A DNA stretch of 54,235 nt, counting the filler, from Sluysia triapertura (taxonomy: Eukaryota), in the NCBI GenBank assembly GCA_046118255.1. It is 4 parts of 4 records of this genome, joined end to end, with 100 filler letters (N's around TTAATTAATTAA, not from the genome) between each part and the next. Parts side by side here need not be neighbours in the genome. Positions count along the whole stretch, not along the records: positions 43,387 to 54,235 come from JBJNIA010192694.1; 3 more parts are not named here. The stretch is one strand, 5' to 3'. Below the pieces are notes generated by a model. The model ran no database searches and had not been told where the DNA came from. It worked only from the letters and a program-made list of their open reading frames with translations. The position numbers were made by a program, and so were the translations under genes. Positions 51,511 through 54,235 of this stretch are shown piece after piece; within the stretch, counting starts at the first letter, position 1, and every line of letters begins with the position of its first letter.

Positions 51511-52443
51511 CGTTGCATTATTCAAGTGCATACTTACATTATATTCCAAAGATTGTATCTGAAGTTGAAGAAATTGAGTGCCAATTTCACTTCACGAAGG
51601 TTGTTTGGAAAAACATTCAAAAGGTTCAACAAGAATAAATTTTACTTAATTACACTTTTCTCAGTACAATTTGTAAAATTCTATATAATAAATAAACATA
51701 AATAAATAATTACATGATTTGCATTTGGATAATTGATTGATGGATTAATTTTGTAAGAAATTTTGATTTAATTTACATTATATTTTTATAATATTAGTTG
51801 TATTTAGAAATGAATATAAATATTAACAAACTTTTACAATTGTTACAAGACTTGTACAAAAACAGGACTTAAGAAGTAAAATAAAATTTCACGCAGTTAA
51901 TATGACAAAGGTTATGCGAAGTTTTAAGTTTGTGAATTAATGGTACTTTTAATTTATATTGTTAATAAAACAATATGGGGCCAAGTGGAAATTATCTAAA
52001 TTATATTAATGGATGACATTGTATATATGGTGGCAAATGGATATTTTATTAAGTAATTGTCAAGGTATTTGATTCTTCTAGTATCGTCGTCACGATGTCT
52101 TAAGTTGAAATTAAAAATACATTGTGAAGTACTAAAACACTAAACTTGATTAATATTTAAACACACTTTGGAAATGAGTCTTAACTAAAGTGCTATCATT
52201 ATTAGACGTGCTTAAAGTTAATGTTTCATCGAGAGCCCTATTTACTCTTAAGTCTTGTAATGATAGATATACTTTATTTCTTAAGATATTCATTACAATT
52301 TTATTTAAATTAACTTATTTACATCTGAATACTGGGTATTGATACTTGACTTGATTAAGATTAGACTTTATTTTATTAGTTTTATTTCTGGGTACAGTAG
52401 TTTAGAATTTATAACAACGAAGAACAGACAGAAATACGTAAAA

Positions 52444-52800
52444 TCAAAATTTCACATATAAAATTTGTAATAAATAAAATTTATAAAAGTTATTTCTTAG
52501 CAAAGCAATATAGGAATAAATTGCTGAAATATGGCAAATTCCGGTCGTTTGAAATTTAAAATCTAATGACATGACAATTCGACAAAGGTCAGATTCATAC
52601 ATTTCGCGAAAATCTAAGCGATGTACATTTAGTCTAGCCACTTTAATCGATGCAATGAATGTATATACAATCGGTAGAGCAAACTACTGCTTCAAGAAAA
52701 CTTGACAAATCGACACACTGAAATGAATGTTGGTACCAAAAATTTTATTTACTTAAATCTCATCATCGGAATACGGTTGTTCAAAATATTAGCCATCGCC
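52444..52800 (-). pseudogene. Orphan ORF remnant with in-frame stops
   Basis: One frame reads GDG*YFEQPYSDDEI*VNKIFGTNIHFSVSICQVFLKQ*FALPIVYTFIASIKVARLNVHRLDFREMYESDLCRIVMSLDFKFQTTG... Confidence 0.4.
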
Positions 52801-54162
52801 GGATAAGCGAAAACTTTGTTTAGTTTTAAATTTATAGTTTAAATTTTATATTGTGAGTCCCCTATGATGTTGGTCTTACACAATTAAGAGCTAACTCATA
52901 GGTGTCGGCGAAAGAATGAAGATGCAAGTTTTTTAGAGGTCAATAAAGACAAAATGCTCAGTTAATTTTTTTAATACTTTAAATTTGATCTAAAATGATC
53001 TGATATCTGTAAATATTTAATGTAGTATAAAAATAAAATTATAATTTATTACATTTGTTAAAATTATGCAATTTGATTGATTTTCGAAAAGATTATTCAC
53101 CATAATTATTCAAATAGTGCAGTAAAAATATTATAAACAATAAGCTTCATTAGTATATATGTAAACAAATACAATAAGAATTAAACGAGATAAAAATTCA
53201 ACAATGACCTATAAATGTTAAACAATGATATTAAAAGTTTGACGAAGTAAAATATAATTTAAAATATTATTGTAACAATGACATTTTATAAATATTTGAT
53301 AACGAAAAAATATATTTTGTAACATTCTTTTATATATTATTATTTTATGTTAACAAGAATTAGTAACAAAGTTAATTATGAATTTTATATTTTTAACGAA
53401 ATATTACTAAACTTTAACTTAATTTTTCCTATATTTTAAATTTCTTTTTTCAAATGAATTAATTTAAACTTTTCTAAACTAACATTAGGTGGTAAAATAA
53501 TGGTATTATACTTAATTTCGTTAAATTTATTTAATTGAGACTTTTTGAGTCAAAATTTGTATAAATTTTTTAAATTATTGTAAAAGGAATATAATTTATG
53601 GTTATTAATTACAGTTTTAAGGTCTTTAAAATATAAGAAATCAAAAGAATTCTTATTTAAATTCAAACAATAAGAATAACATACAAGATATTTATTAATA
53701 TGAAATTTAAGGCCGAGAATAAATAAAAGGTTTATATATTGAATATATATATATATCTGAATATATTGAGGGTAAAACATTAAAATATAGATAAAATCAA
53801 CTAAAACCAAATAGTAAATAAAATCTAAATTCCGTACTTGAAATAAACTCAAGGAATCTTCGTTTACAGTTATAATTAGCAATTTTCGAAGTGTCGTGAC
53901 GTTCATCAATGAGTTCGGTCGAATCCGGTAGAGGAATAAACACCCGATCGAATTTGTTCTAACAATTTGAAGCAACGAATTTATATGTATATGAATTGAC
54001 AAAATATATTGAAAGGCGTTCATGTTATTATGAAGAAATGGTGTTTTAAGAATTGTTAAGAATTCGGAAATATGATCATAATATAAATTGCGAGAATAAC
54101 ATTCTCATTCATGGATATATCATATTGTTATATTGTCAATAACACACATGCTTGTGACGCAT

Positions 54163-54165
<3 letters not shown>

Positions 54166-54200
<35 letters not shown>
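54166..54200. repeat. (AT)n microsatellite
   Basis: Direct reading. Confidence 0.95.
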
Positions 54201-54203
<3 letters not shown>

Positions 54204-54235
54204 GAACACGCATTTACATTTTAGTGACTTATAAC

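Overview
Very AT-rich, repeat-dense eukaryotic DNA, most likely a triclad flatworm (planarian). The taxon is inferred from flatworm-like coatomer-beta and paramyosin sequences and the repeat content. Three 100-nt N-gaps each contain the artificial linker TTAATTAATTAA, so the four segments may be unlinked contigs. Host genes: three exons of an otopetrin proton-channel gene (minus strand, missed by the ORF track), the last exon of coatomer subunit beta (COPB1), a single-exon rhodopsin-family GPCR with a decayed tandem copy, and decayed Na+/H+-exchanger and paramyosin fragments. Mobile DNA: a near-intact Tigger/pogo transposon, hAT, pogo-type and piggyBac MITEs with intact TSDs, mariner, L2-LINE and Penelope-like remnants, and a decayed Gypsy element whose chuvirus/gB-like envelope gene lies directly upstream of protease-RT. 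Most notable: (i) four copies of a ~150-bp element with TG...CA ends and near 4-bp TSDs that carries a tRNA-like cloverleaf (solo-LTR/Helenus-like rather than a SINE); (ii) the env-PR-RT gene order; (iii) a cluster of co-varying bulged-A stem-loops; (iv) several intronless orphan ORFs or remnants that may be accessory genes of giant planarian retroelements. All calls were made by eye, without database searches.
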